DNA of 64,000 nucleotides from an uncultured Solobacterium sp. (GTDB lineage: Bacteria; Bacillota_I; Bacilli_A; Erysipelotrichales; Erysipelotrichaceae), in the NCBI GenBank assembly GCA_900546285.1, contig URCJ01000001.1, positions 40,590 to 104,589 on the forward strand. Direction: 5' to 3'. The notes beneath the pieces are model-generated. The model worked only from the letters and a program-made list of their open reading frames with translations, searched no databases and was not told where the DNA came from. Of the stretch, positions 28,053 through 37,041 are shown piece by piece. Made by a program: the position numbers and the translations under genes. Position 1 is the first letter of the stretch, and every line of letters begins with the position of its first letter.

Positions 28053-29093
28053 ATGAAAAAGATTTTGATGTTTTTGATGACGTTATTTTTACTTGCAGGA
28101 TGTGGTAAAAAGGAAATTGAGGAATATGATTACTATGATTATCCTGGAGGAGAAAATGTTAAAAGTGATTATGTTATTTTAAGGACTGATAATATTAAGA
28201 CGGAAGTTTATCAAGATAATAACTTTACAATTACGATTCCAAGCGGTTGGGAGGTTAAAACCGGTGGTTATGGCATGACTAGTTTTATTGGTGCTTATAA
28301 TCCTGATGATACACGCTTTTCTATTATCTATGTGTTAAAAATGGAACCATTATTACATACTGAAGAGGGTAAAAAAATATGGCAATCATTTGTTGATGCA
28401 GGACAAACCGAATATGAAATCTTTGCGAATGCCCCTGTATTATTAGAACCAACCACAGAAGGTTTTTTTAAGGCTATCTTACAAGATTTTAATGCAGTAG
28501 ATCATATTGAAGCTAATTCTGAAATGGGCATTTATAGTTTGGGTGATGAAATATTAAGAGGCACCTTCATGGAAGAAGGAAAAGAAGCTGAGGGTTTGTT
28601 TACTGCTAGTATTGTTGATTTTGGTAGAGTTGATTTATCTTATTATAATGGCAATCCTTTCGAGGGCTATGATTGTGGCTATTATATGGCCTATAATGTA
28701 ACGATTGTTTCAGCTCCTAAGGATCTTTTCCTTGATTGGAGTAAAACACTTTTAACTTGTATCAGTAGCTTACAATTTTCAGATAGTTTTGTTGATACAG
28801 CTATTAAATCTAGCAATGATCAAGTCGCTTTATCAAGACAAATTAGCAAAAACTTCAATGAAGTAATGGATGGTTTTATGTCATCTTGGGAAAATAGAAA
28901 TAGAAGTTTTGATATTATGTCACAGAAACAAAGTGATGCGATCTTAGGCTATGAAAGAGTCTATGATACTGAGACTAATGAGATATATAAGGCTACTAAT
29001 GGTTTTATGGATGTCTATGATGAAGATAGATTTAAACCAATTAGCGAAGATATGTATAGTGAGCCAATAAGTGGCTATATTGAGAAACAATAA
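28053..29093 (+). CDS. Lipoprotein of unknown function
   Basis: Lipobox LLAGCG; no family recognised. Confidence 0.5.
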   Translation: MKKILMFLMTLFLLAGCGKKEIEEYDYYDYPGGENVKSDYVILRTDNIKTEVYQDNNFTITIPSGWEVKTGGYGMTSFIGAYNPDDTRFSIIYVLKMEPLLHTEEGKKIWQSFVDAGQTEYEIFANAPVLLEPTTEGFFKAILQDFNAVDHIEANSEMGIYSLGDEILRGTFMEEGKEAEGLFTASIVDFGRVDLSYYNGNPFEGYDCGYYMAYNVTIVSAPKDLFLDWSKTLLTCISSLQFSDSFVDTAIKSSNDQVALSRQISKNFNEVMDGFMSSWENRNRSFDIMSQKQSDAILGYERVYDTETNEIYKATNGFMDVYDEDRFKPISEDMYSEPISGYIEKQ

Positions 29094-29123
29094 GAAAAGA
29101 TGGAGTGATCCATCTTTCTTTAA

Positions 29124-30161
29124 CTATTGAGCTCTAGACATTGCTTCCTTATAATCAGGTGTATCAGTGAATACATCATACTTATAAGGATTCTTCTTAG
29201 CAGCTACTGACTTCTTGATGATGAAACCTAGGGCAATAACGTTGATCGCAAGTGCTAATACTGCGATAACACCTTGCATATGGACATTTCCAATTACTGG
29301 TGTTACACCTGCAGCTGTTGCAGCATGAATTGTTCCTTCTTTATATAATACTGGAACAACTGAGAATCTTGAGTTGTCTTGGAATAGTGGGAATACTTGG
29401 GCAAACATGCACCAGATAGCTAGAGTGTTTGCACGGTTTTGAATCCAACCACCTTTGTTCCATAAAGCGTTGGCAAATGTAGGCGCTAATAATAGGGCAA
29501 GACCACAATACCAAGCGTGTGTTGGAAGGTTAAGGTAAGTGTATTCGAAGTTCCATACATCATAAGCTAAGATGTAAACCCAAATCATATCAGGCCATAA
29601 CATATCTTTTTCATCGCTTGATGTATAGATGCTCCACCAACCTGTCATACAGAAGATGTTGATAATACCAGCAAGACCGTTTAATACGTTCCACCAGCCA
29701 CCATATAGCCATACGCCTTCTGATGAGTACCACCAGCCACCAGCTAGTGAGCCAGCTCTAATTGCGCTTTCAAAGTCACTAGCTACAGCGATAAGAATAT
29801 TGATCGCAACGATCACAAATGGGAAGCATTTGAACCACTTAGCCTTGCCAAGTTTGCCCCATTTATATTTGATGACCATAAAGCCAATACAACCAGTTGC
29901 GGCAGCATATAGCTTAGCATAGTGGAACCATGAGTTCATGTGAACGTATGTGTCGTTCTTTAATGCCCATTCAGCTCCATTTTTTGCGCCAATGGCAATC
30001 GCAATAAAGTAAATTGATAATCCTAATAATACAACGCCGAAGATGCCAATTCCGCCCCATTTAGTTCTGGCAATTTCGTTTGTGATTATTAGTCCTAGGA
30101 AAACTAGAAGCCAACCTAAAAGTTGCCAACCACAGGTTTCCCCATAAAGTTGAAATAACAT
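29124..30161 (-). CDS. Trp-rich polytopic membrane protein of unknown function
   Basis: 345 aa, 8-10 predicted TM, with many W/Y clusters (GGWWYSSEGVWLYGGWWNVLNG). Confidence 0.5.
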   Translation of the reverse strand: MLFQLYGETCGWQLLGWLLVFLGLIITNEIARTKWGGIGIFGVVLLGLSIYFIAIAIGAKNGAEWALKNDTYVHMNSWFHYAKLYAAATGCIGFMVIKYKWGKLGKAKWFKCFPFVIVAINILIAVASDFESAIRAGSLAGGWWYSSEGVWLYGGWWNVLNGLAGIINIFCMTGWWSIYTSSDEKDMLWPDMIWVYILAYDVWNFEYTYLNLPTHAWYCGLALLLAPTFANALWNKGGWIQNRANTLAIWCMFAQVFPLFQDNSRFSVVPVLYKEGTIHAATAAGVTPVIGNVHMQGVIAVLALAINVIALGFIIKKSVAAKKNPYKYDVFTDTPDYKEAMSRAQ

Positions 30162-30270
30162 AATAAACCCCCTTGTATTTCAATACTTATTATGTTACCC
30201 CTTTGTGAAATGTTAATCAATCACTTTTTGGCAATCTTCTATCAAACAGTTTTTAAAAAATTGGTTTATA

Positions 30271-33189
30271 ATGTTTCCCATGAAAAAGAAAATTGGATTA
30301 GACATTGGTTCTACTACTATTAAGTGTGTTGTACTTGATGAAAATGACAAGATTATTTATTCAAGTTATAAGAGACATATGAGTCATATCTTAGAGAAGA
30401 GTATTGAACTTTTGACTTATATAAAAGATGAAATATATAAAGGTGATGAAGTTATTTTATCTATCAGTGGTTCGGCTGGCATGGGTTTAGCTGAAAATGC
30501 TGGTGTTAACTTTGTCCAAGAAGTATATGCGACTAGACTCACTTGTAAAAGATTGGCTAAGGATACAGATGTAGTCATTGAACTGGGTGGAGAGGATGCT
30601 AAAATCTTATTCTTAACAAATGGTGTTGAAGTTAGAATGAATGGTACTTGTGCTGGTGGTACTGGTGCTTTCATTGACCAAATGGCAACTTTATTAAAAT
30701 TAGATGCGGATACTATGGACAAGGAGGCTTTAAGGGCCCAGCGTACTTATACAATTGCTTCTAGATGTGGTGTCTTTGCCAAGAGTGATGTACAACCTTT
30801 AATTAATCAAGGCGCTAAACAAAGTGATATAGCAGCTAGTATTTATCAAGCCGTTGTTAATCAAACGATTGCTGGTTTAGCGCAAGGTAGACCAATAAAA
30901 GGTAATATCTTATATCTTGGTGGTCCTTTGACTTTCTCAAAATGTTTGAGAAATTCTTTTGACAAGACTTTAAATGTAAAGGGTAAGTGTCCAGAAAATT
31001 CTCTATTATATGTCGCATTAGGTGCTGCTTATTATAGTGATCAGGTTGTTGATTTAGATGATGTATTGAATAAATTAAAAGAATATTCAAGTGTTGCTAC
31101 TTATCAAAGTTTAGATTCTTTGTTTAAAGATGAGGAAGAATATAAGGAATTTAAAGATAGACACTCTAAGGATAGGGTAGAGGAAGTGTCTTTTGATGAC
31201 TATAAGGGTAATGTTCATATCGGTATTGATAGTGGTTCTACTACTATTAAGATGGTTGTGGTAGATGAAGATGATAATCTTCTTTATACTTGGTATCAAT
31301 CAAATGATGGTAGTCCTGTTAAACTAATTTGCGATCAATTGATTGAATTATATAAGAAGCATCCTAATATTAAGATAGCTAGTGTAACAAGTACTGGGTA
31401 TGGCGAGGAACTAATTAAGAATGCGATTCATGGTGATTTTGGGGTAGTTGAGACAGTTGCTCATTTTACAGCTGCTAAGCATTTCTTGCCTGATGTTGAT
31501 TTTATTATTGATATCGGTGGTCAGGATATGAAGTGTTTTAAGATTGAAAATGGTGCCATTTCCAATATCTTCTTAAATGAAGCATGTTCTAGTGGCTGTG
31601 GTTCTTTCTTACAAACTTTTGCTAGTGCCTTAGGTAGTGATGTAGAGTCTTTTGCCAAGCTAGGTTTGTTTGCGAAGCATCCGGTTGATTTAGGTAGTCG
31701 TTGTACTGTTTTTATGAATTCTTCAGTTAAACAAGCCCAAAAGGATGGTGCTTCTATTGAAGATATTTCAGCAGGTCTTGCGATATCTGTTGTTAAGAAT
31801 GCTTTATATAAGGTTATTAGATGTTCTAGTGCTAAGGATTTAGGTTCTAAGATTGTAGTACAGGGTGGCACTTTCTATAATGAACTAGTTTTAAGGGCTT
31901 TTGAAAAAGAAATGGGTGTTGATGTCATTAGACCCAATATTGCAGGTTTAATGGGTGCCTATGGTGCAGCTTTATATGGTAAGAAGCGTAGCAAGGGTAG
32001 AAGTAGTGCTATTTCTTTAAGTGAATTAGAAAACTTTGAACATAAGGTTAATTCTTTTAAGTGTCATGGTTGTGGTAATCATTGTCAATTAACTGTTAAT
32101 GTCTTTAATGATGGTAAGCGTTATATTTCTGGTAATCGTTGTGATAAGCCTTTAACTGGTAAGGATAATAATGATGAATATAATTTGTATGCTTATAAGT
32201 TAAGTTTGTTGAAAGAGTATATGGATGATAGGGGTGATGGTGATATTACAATTGGTTTACCATTATGTCTAAACATGTATGAATTGTTGCCTTTCTGGCA
32301 TAAGTTATTTAGAGAATTAGGTTTTAAGGTTATTACTTCACCATTTTCTACAAGGGCTATTTATCAAGAAGGTCAGGCTTCGATTCCAAGTGATACAGCA
32401 TGTTATCCAGCTAAACTAAGTCATGGTGCTATTTATGAACTATTAAAGGAAGATGTTGATTATATTTATTATCCTTGTCTTTCTTATAATGTGGATGAAC
32501 ATTTAGGCGATAATCATTATAATTGTCCGGTGGTTGCTTATTATCCTGAGGTATTAAGTGGCAATATTTTGGATAATCATATGATTTGTGACTTTGTGGA
32601 TATTTCTATTCGTGATGAGTTTAAAAAGCGTTTCCCTAGTATCTTAAAGAAGCATTTTAGTAACTTGGATGATAAGAAGATTAGGGAAGCTATTGTTAGT
32701 GCATATAAAGAATATGATGACCATATGAAATTATTGGCTATTAAGGCTGATGAGGTTATATCTATGGCTAAACAAAAGGGTAAGCATATTATTTGTTTGG
32801 CAGGTAGACCTTACCATGTTGATCCTGAGGTTAATCATGGTATTGATAAATTAATTACTAAGCTTGGTTGTGCTGTTGTTAGTGAGGATAGTTTGTCTAA
32901 TCATTATGAAAAGATTGATACACAGGTTTTAAACCAGTGGACTTATCATTCACGTCTGTATGCTTGTGCTAATTATTGTACTAAGGATGATGATATGGAT
33001 TTAGTGCAGCTTGTAAGTTTTGGCTGTGGTTTGGATGCAATTACAAGTGATGAGACAAGAGAGATTTTGAATGATCATGGTAAGTTGTATACTCAATTAA
33101 AGATTGATGAGATTTCTAATTTGGGTACTGTTAATATTCGTTTGAGAAGTTTGTTGGCGGCTATTGAAGAGAGAAGGGAGGATAAGTAA
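30271..33189 (+). CDS. Double BadF/BadG/BcrA/BcrD-type ATPase (acyl-CoA dehydratase activase-like) fused to a DUF2229-like domain
   Basis: Two ASKHA ATPase repeats, each beginning KIGLDIGSTTIKCVV / HIGIDSGSTTIKMVV, then a Cys-rich middle segment (CHGCGNHCQ). Confidence 0.7.
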   Translation: MFPMKKKIGLDIGSTTIKCVVLDENDKIIYSSYKRHMSHILEKSIELLTYIKDEIYKGDEVILSISGSAGMGLAENAGVNFVQEVYATRLTCKRLAKDTDVVIELGGEDAKILFLTNGVEVRMNGTCAGGTGAFIDQMATLLKLDADTMDKEALRAQRTYTIASRCGVFAKSDVQPLINQGAKQSDIAASIYQAVVNQTIAGLAQGRPIKGNILYLGGPLTFSKCLRNSFDKTLNVKGKCPENSLLYVALGAAYYSDQVVDLDDVLNKLKEYSSVATYQSLDSLFKDEEEYKEFKDRHSKDRVEEVSFDDYKGNVHIGIDSGSTTIKMVVVDEDDNLLYTWYQSNDGSPVKLICDQLIELYKKHPNIKIASVTSTGYGEELIKNAIHGDFGVVETVAHFTAAKHFLPDVDFIIDIGGQDMKCFKIENGAISNIFLNEACSSGCGSFLQTFASALGSDVESFAKLGLFAKHPVDLGSRCTVFMNSSVKQAQKDGASIEDISAGLAISVVKNALYKVIRCSSAKDLGSKIVVQGGTFYNELVLRAFEKEMGVDVIRPNIAGLMGAYGAALYGKKRSKGRSSAISLSELENFEHKVNSFKCHGCGNHCQLTVNVFNDGKRYISGNRCDKPLTGKDNNDEYNLYAYKLSLLKEYMDDRGDGDITIGLPLCLNMYELLPFWHKLFRELGFKVITSPFSTRAIYQEGQASIPSDTACYPAKLSHGAIYELLKEDVDYIYYPCLSYNVDEHLGDNHYNCPVVAYYPEVLSGNILDNHMICDFVDISIRDEFKKRFPSILKKHFSNLDDKKIREAIVSAYKEYDDHMKLLAIKADEVISMAKQKGKHIICLAGRPYHVDPEVNHGIDKLITKLGCAVVSEDSLSNHYEKIDTQVLNQWTYHSRLYACANYCTKDDDMDLVQLVSFGCGLDAITSDETREILNDHGKLYTQLKIDEISNLGTVNIRLRSLLAAIEERREDK

Positions 33190-34440
33190 ATGGAATATCT
33201 TACTCCTAATTTCACTAAAGAGATGATGAAGGATTATACTGTTTTGGTTCCTAATATGTGTGAGACTTCTTTTAAGCTTATTAAAAGCGCAATGGAATCA
33301 GAAGGGTATCATAGGGTTGAACTACTTGGTTCAGGTAGTAGTAATGTTACACAACTTGGACTAAAGTATGTTCATAATGATACTTGTTATCCAGCTTTGA
33401 TTGTTATTGGTCAATTTCTTGAGGCAATAGAGAGTGGTAAGTATGATTTGAATCATACAGCACTTTTGATTTCTCAATCTGGTGGTGGTTGTCGTGCTAG
33501 TAACTATATTAAGTTGTTAAGAAAGGCACTAGTTAGAAGTGGCCATAGTAATATTCCGGTAGCTAGTTTGAATGCGAATAGATTGGAAAAGGGTTCTATT
33601 ATGCCTTTAACGCCTAGAATGCTTCTAAAGATTTTAGCTGCAGTTGAATATGGGGATGAATTAGAGGCTTTAAAGAACCAAACTATAGCTTATGAGGTAG
33701 TTAAGGGTGAAAGTATGAATCACCTTAATATGTGGCTTAAAAAGCTTGATAGGGATATTAGAGAAAACAAGAATTATCTTCCTACTTCATATAAGAAGAT
33801 CTTTAATGAGATTGCCCAAGACTTTGCGACTATCGAATTAAATAAGACTCCTAAGGTTAAGGTTGGTGTTGTTGGTGAAATCTATGTTAAGTTTTCTCCA
33901 ACCGGTAATAATAATCTAATGGAATTTCTACAAAGTCAGGATTGTGAAGTTAATATGCCAGGTCTTATGGGTTATGTGGAATATTGTTGTGCTAACTGGG
34001 AAATGGACTATAAGAATTATGGCATGTCTCCTACTATGGGCAAGTTAGCTGGTTTGGCTTTAAAGAAACTAAATAAATATGGCAATATGATGTCTAAGGC
34101 TATGAAGGATTATGGTTTTAATGCCCCTTGTTCTTTCTATGATTTGATGAAAAAGCCTGATGGTATCTTAAATTTAGGTACTAAGATGGGTGAGGGCTGG
34201 TTATTAACTGCTGAGATGGTTGAATTAATTGAGAGTGGTTATGAGAATATCATTTGTGCTCAACCTTTTGGTTGTCTACCTAATCATATTTGTGGTAAGG
34301 GTGTTATTAATATCCTAAGGTCTAAGTTCCCTAATGCCAATATCACTCCTATTGATTATGATCCTAGTGCTACTAAGGTTAATCAAGAGAATAGAATCGA
34401 GTTGATGTTGGCGGTGGCAAAAGAAAATTTGAATAAATAA
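33190..34440 (+). CDS. 2-hydroxyglutaryl-CoA dehydratase D-component-like protein
   Basis: Starts 1 nt after the upstream stop; conserved Cys pattern typical of the HgdB-like partner of the activase family. Confidence 0.55.
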   Translation: MEYLTPNFTKEMMKDYTVLVPNMCETSFKLIKSAMESEGYHRVELLGSGSSNVTQLGLKYVHNDTCYPALIVIGQFLEAIESGKYDLNHTALLISQSGGGCRASNYIKLLRKALVRSGHSNIPVASLNANRLEKGSIMPLTPRMLLKILAAVEYGDELEALKNQTIAYEVVKGESMNHLNMWLKKLDRDIRENKNYLPTSYKKIFNEIAQDFATIELNKTPKVKVGVVGEIYVKFSPTGNNNLMEFLQSQDCEVNMPGLMGYVEYCCANWEMDYKNYGMSPTMGKLAGLALKKLNKYGNMMSKAMKDYGFNAPCSFYDLMKKPDGILNLGTKMGEGWLLTAEMVELIESGYENIICAQPFGCLPNHICGKGVINILRSKFPNANITPIDYDPSATKVNQENRIELMLAVAKENLNK

Positions 34441-34445
34441 AAGTA

Positions 34446-34466
34446 AGAAGGCATTTTGCCTTCTTA
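34446..34466. terminator. Bidirectional terminator between convergent genes
   Basis: AAGAAGGCA-ttt-TGCCTTCTT makes a perfect 9-bp stem. Confidence 0.5.
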
Positions 34467-34664
34467 TTCAATTTCTACATCTTCCATTTCATCCAAGCCA
34501 GCTTGAGTAATACCAAGTAGTTTCATCTTTTCTTCATGAGATATGGTCTTACTTAAGTCAGCATTTTCCATTCTTTTGATAGCTTCTGCTAATAATTCTT
34601 CATCTATTAATTCATCATCATTTAAAAAAGTATCTTTCATATCTCTGTTGTGTGAACCACCCAT
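34464..34664 (-). CDS. Small acidic protein of unknown function (true start probably the Met at 34640)
   Basis: The first 8 codons of the track ORF overlap the IS end hairpin. MKDTFLNDDELIDEELLAEAIKRMEN... is an acidic helical peptide. Confidence 0.3.
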   Translation of the reverse strand: MGGSHNRDMKDTFLNDDELIDEELLAEAIKRMENADLSKTISHEEKMKLLGITQAGLDEMEDVEIE

Positions 34665-34665
34665 A

Positions 34666-34830
34666 AGCTAAAGATTTATGGGCTTTGTATAGATAACATG
34701 TTATCTATTTTTAAGAAGTTTGATATTCTATCATTAGATAGAACCTTTCGTACTTAATTTTATTAAGCAATCCTTATTCTTACAGGCGTGTCCACTTCGC
34801 CTCTATGGTATAAGACACTAAGGTCTACAA
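34666..34830 (-). ncRNA. Putative TnpB-associated omega (right-end) RNA scaffold region
   Basis: Placed by position: the 3' end of tnpB plus the right-end hairpins (GATAACATGTTATC palindrome and the CCCATAAG...CTTATGGG hairpin). By analogy with ISDra2/IS605 TnpB omega RNAs; not demonstrated. Confidence 0.3.
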
Positions 34831-36022
34831 CTTTACTTTTATTAAGTATATTTAATGCACCATTTATATCTGCGTTAATTAATTTATTTGTTCTTGTTTG
34901 ATATAACCCACGTTTAATACGGTTACCACTAAAATTATACACTTTAGGATTATCATCATTATAGATAGGTATAACATCTTTATCAAAGAAACTAGCTTTG
35001 GATGTATAAGATTCTTCTTGTTTTACAAAATTAATACCATATAACTTACATAGATATTCTAGTTTATCTCTTAATTTTCCATATGGAATATTAAGAAATG
35101 TTTGATTGTTTCTTTTTCCTAGCTTAACGTCTTTTTGAAATGTTTCATTATAGCCAACTACAATATTACCAATATCATTATCTAAACAATAATCAATAAT
35201 CTTACGTACTGTTTTATTCATATAATCGTTAACTTTATTATTACGATCCTTAAGATTACTGTTTTGTCTTTTAGTATATTTAACTTTAATATCTTGCTTA
35301 TCTTTGATACTTTGTAAATAAGCGTTTCTTTTATTGAACCATTGGTTAATAGATTTAAGCCTTCTTCCATCAATAATGAATGACTCGCCAGTGTTTGTTA
35401 CACAAGTGCATAGATTGTTGATACCAAGATCTATAGCTAGTGCTTTGTTTTTATTTAAATTACTTTGAGTTTCTTTAACTTCATATGTATATTGAACTTC
35501 AAAGAACCTAGCATTAGATTTAGGAATAATTCTAATCTCTTTAATCTTCTTATCTTTTAATATTGGCGGTATCTTAACACTAATAGAATTGTGTTTCTTT
35601 TTATAAGCATTAGAATAAGGCACTATTAATACATTATCTTTAATTCTTACAAAACCAATTACTAAAGTAGTAAAACCATCTTTCTTTAAATAATGTGGTA
35701 ATTTAATATCTTTAAAATTATATTTACCTTTTTTAGCTAACTTAAGTAAACCGAAGAAAGCTTTAAAAGACCCATCAACTTCTTTAAGTATTTGTTGAGC
35801 CATATTTGAATTAAGCATTTTATAGTTATCACTATCTTTTAATAAGGCATAGTTCTTTTCGTAATTAAGATATTCGCCTTCATTAAAATAATATTGTCTT
35901 ACATTATAAATAGCTTCATTGCTTAGATTTTTTGCAATATGACTTAATTCTTTTAGACTTAAATATTCTTCTTTGGTCAAATGTTTTAAGACTTGTTTAA
36001 CAGTAAGATACATTATTTTCAA
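34763..36022 (-). CDS. tnpB: TnpB (OrfB_IS605) RuvC-like RNA-guided nuclease homologue, lacking the zinc-finger cysteines
   Basis: 419 aa. RuvC-I (ALAIDLGINNLC), RuvC-II (VKQEESYTSK) and RuvC-III (INADINGALNI) are present. The segment between RuvC-II and III (ASFFDKDVIPIYNDDNPKVYNFSGNRIKRGLY) has no CxxC pairs. Confidence 0.85.
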   Translation of the reverse strand: MKIMYLTVKQVLKHLTKEEYLSLKELSHIAKNLSNEAIYNVRQYYFNEGEYLNYEKNYALLKDSDNYKMLNSNMAQQILKEVDGSFKAFFGLLKLAKKGKYNFKDIKLPHYLKKDGFTTLVIGFVRIKDNVLIVPYSNAYKKKHNSISVKIPPILKDKKIKEIRIIPKSNARFFEVQYTYEVKETQSNLNKNKALAIDLGINNLCTCVTNTGESFIIDGRRLKSINQWFNKRNAYLQSIKDKQDIKVKYTKRQNSNLKDRNNKVNDYMNKTVRKIIDYCLDNDIGNIVVGYNETFQKDVKLGKRNNQTFLNIPYGKLRDKLEYLCKLYGINFVKQEESYTSKASFFDKDVIPIYNDDNPKVYNFSGNRIKRGLYQTRTNKLINADINGALNILNKSKVVDLSVLYHRGEVDTPVRIRIA

Positions 36023-36151
36023 CCTCCTTTTCCTATTATAATTATATCATATTTTACTAGATTTATTATTATTCAGTAAACCATAATAATTTTATGAATA
36101 ATTATATTTCAAGAAATCATTCAAAACATTATTTAAAAGTCCATTTAATAT

Positions 36152-36480
36152 TTGTGTGCAAGTACAAAAAAGAAGTTATTAATTAATAATTTTGACAATA
36201 TTGTTAAGAATGTTATTCTAGAAATATCCTATAGAAGTAATTTTAATATTGAAACATTAGAAACGGACGAAAATCATATCCATATGTTAATATCGTATCC
36301 ACCAAAATTATCAGTTACATCAATAGTCAGGAAATTGAAACAAGAATCTACCATTTACTTATGGAAAAATTACTCTAAGTTTTTATCTAAACATTTTTGG
36401 AAAGAACATACTTTTTAAAGTGATGGATATTTTGCTTGTTCCATAGGTGAAGCAAACCCAGAAACTATCAACCGCTATAT
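36152..36480 (+). pseudogene. tnpA: tnpA (IS200-type HUH transposase) remnant, N-terminally truncated and frameshifted
   Basis: HUH motif region ENHIHMLISYPPKLSVTSIVRKLK is present. The N-terminal ~50 aa are missing; a stop follows FWKEHTF and the C-terminal SDGYFACSIGEANPETINRYIESQ continues in another frame. Confidence 0.55.
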
Positions 36481-36549
36481 AGAAAGTCAATGTTAATGCA
36501 TTCATATCATAAGCTAAAGACTTATGAGTTTTCTGCATAAATTTATATA

Positions 36550-36580
36550 ATAAAAAAAGAAACTGTTACACCAACAGTTC
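36550..36580 (-). terminator. Rho-independent terminator of the flavodoxin gene
   Basis: AACTGTT-acacc-AACAGTT stem, followed on the minus strand by TCTTTTTTT. Confidence 0.45.
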
Positions 36581-36618
36581 CTTCTTTCATACTATATGGG
36601 GAAAGTATATATAGAAAG

Positions 36619-37041
36619 TTAGATATTAGCTAACTGACTACCAATTTGTTTAAGATCACAAGTGGCCTTATCATCTGGTGATAATCTTGTGATATAGCCC
36701 TTATCGTTTAAGATGATGGCACCATGATCTTTTAGACGGTTTTCTAAGTCTGACATCCATTTGCCGTTGCCCCAGTCATAAGATCCAAATAGGGCGATTG
36801 TTTTTCCTTTGCAGTCTTTTTCTATTTCATTTACAAAGTCATCCATTTCAGAGTCTAATTCCTCATCGCCCATGGCACTAGCGCCTAGGGCAAACACTTG
36901 TTCATTTTTTAAATCTTCAGCAATTATACTGTTAACATTTGTAACATTAACTTCTTTTCCACTTTCTTTAACACCTTCGCCGATAGCTTCTGCCATCATT
37001 TGAGTGTTGCCTGATAATGTCCAATAAATAATATTAATCAT
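36619..37041 (-). CDS. Short-chain flavodoxin
   Basis: MINIIYWTLSGNTQMMAEAI (FMN phosphate-binding loop); 140 aa. Confidence 0.85.
   Translation of the reverse strand: MINIIYWTLSGNTQMMAEAIGEGVKESGKEVNVTNVNSIIAEDLKNEQVFALGASAMGDEELDSEMDDFVNEIEKDCKGKTIALFGSYDWGNGKWMSDLENRLKDHGAIILNDKGYITRLSPDDKATCDLKQIGSQLANI

Larger units (their letters stand above)
34666..36545 (-). mobile_element. IS200/IS605-family (IS605-like, divergent tnpA/tnpB) insertion sequence; tnpA degenerate
   Basis: TnpB ORF plus TnpA remnant. Both ends carry co-oriented subterminal hairpins with a shared core (CCCATAAGCTAAAGATTTATGGG at about 34676-34698; TCATAAGCTAAAGACTTATGA at about 36505-36525). Boundaries are approximate. 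Confidence 0.65.

Noticed and set aside
34464-34664. Treating the 66-aa ORF as an IS-encoded accessory gene.
   Set aside because: Only its first 8 codons overlap IS-derived sequence. The rest lies outside the element ends and has its own terminator; it is a chromosomal gene whose 5' end was modified by the insertion.
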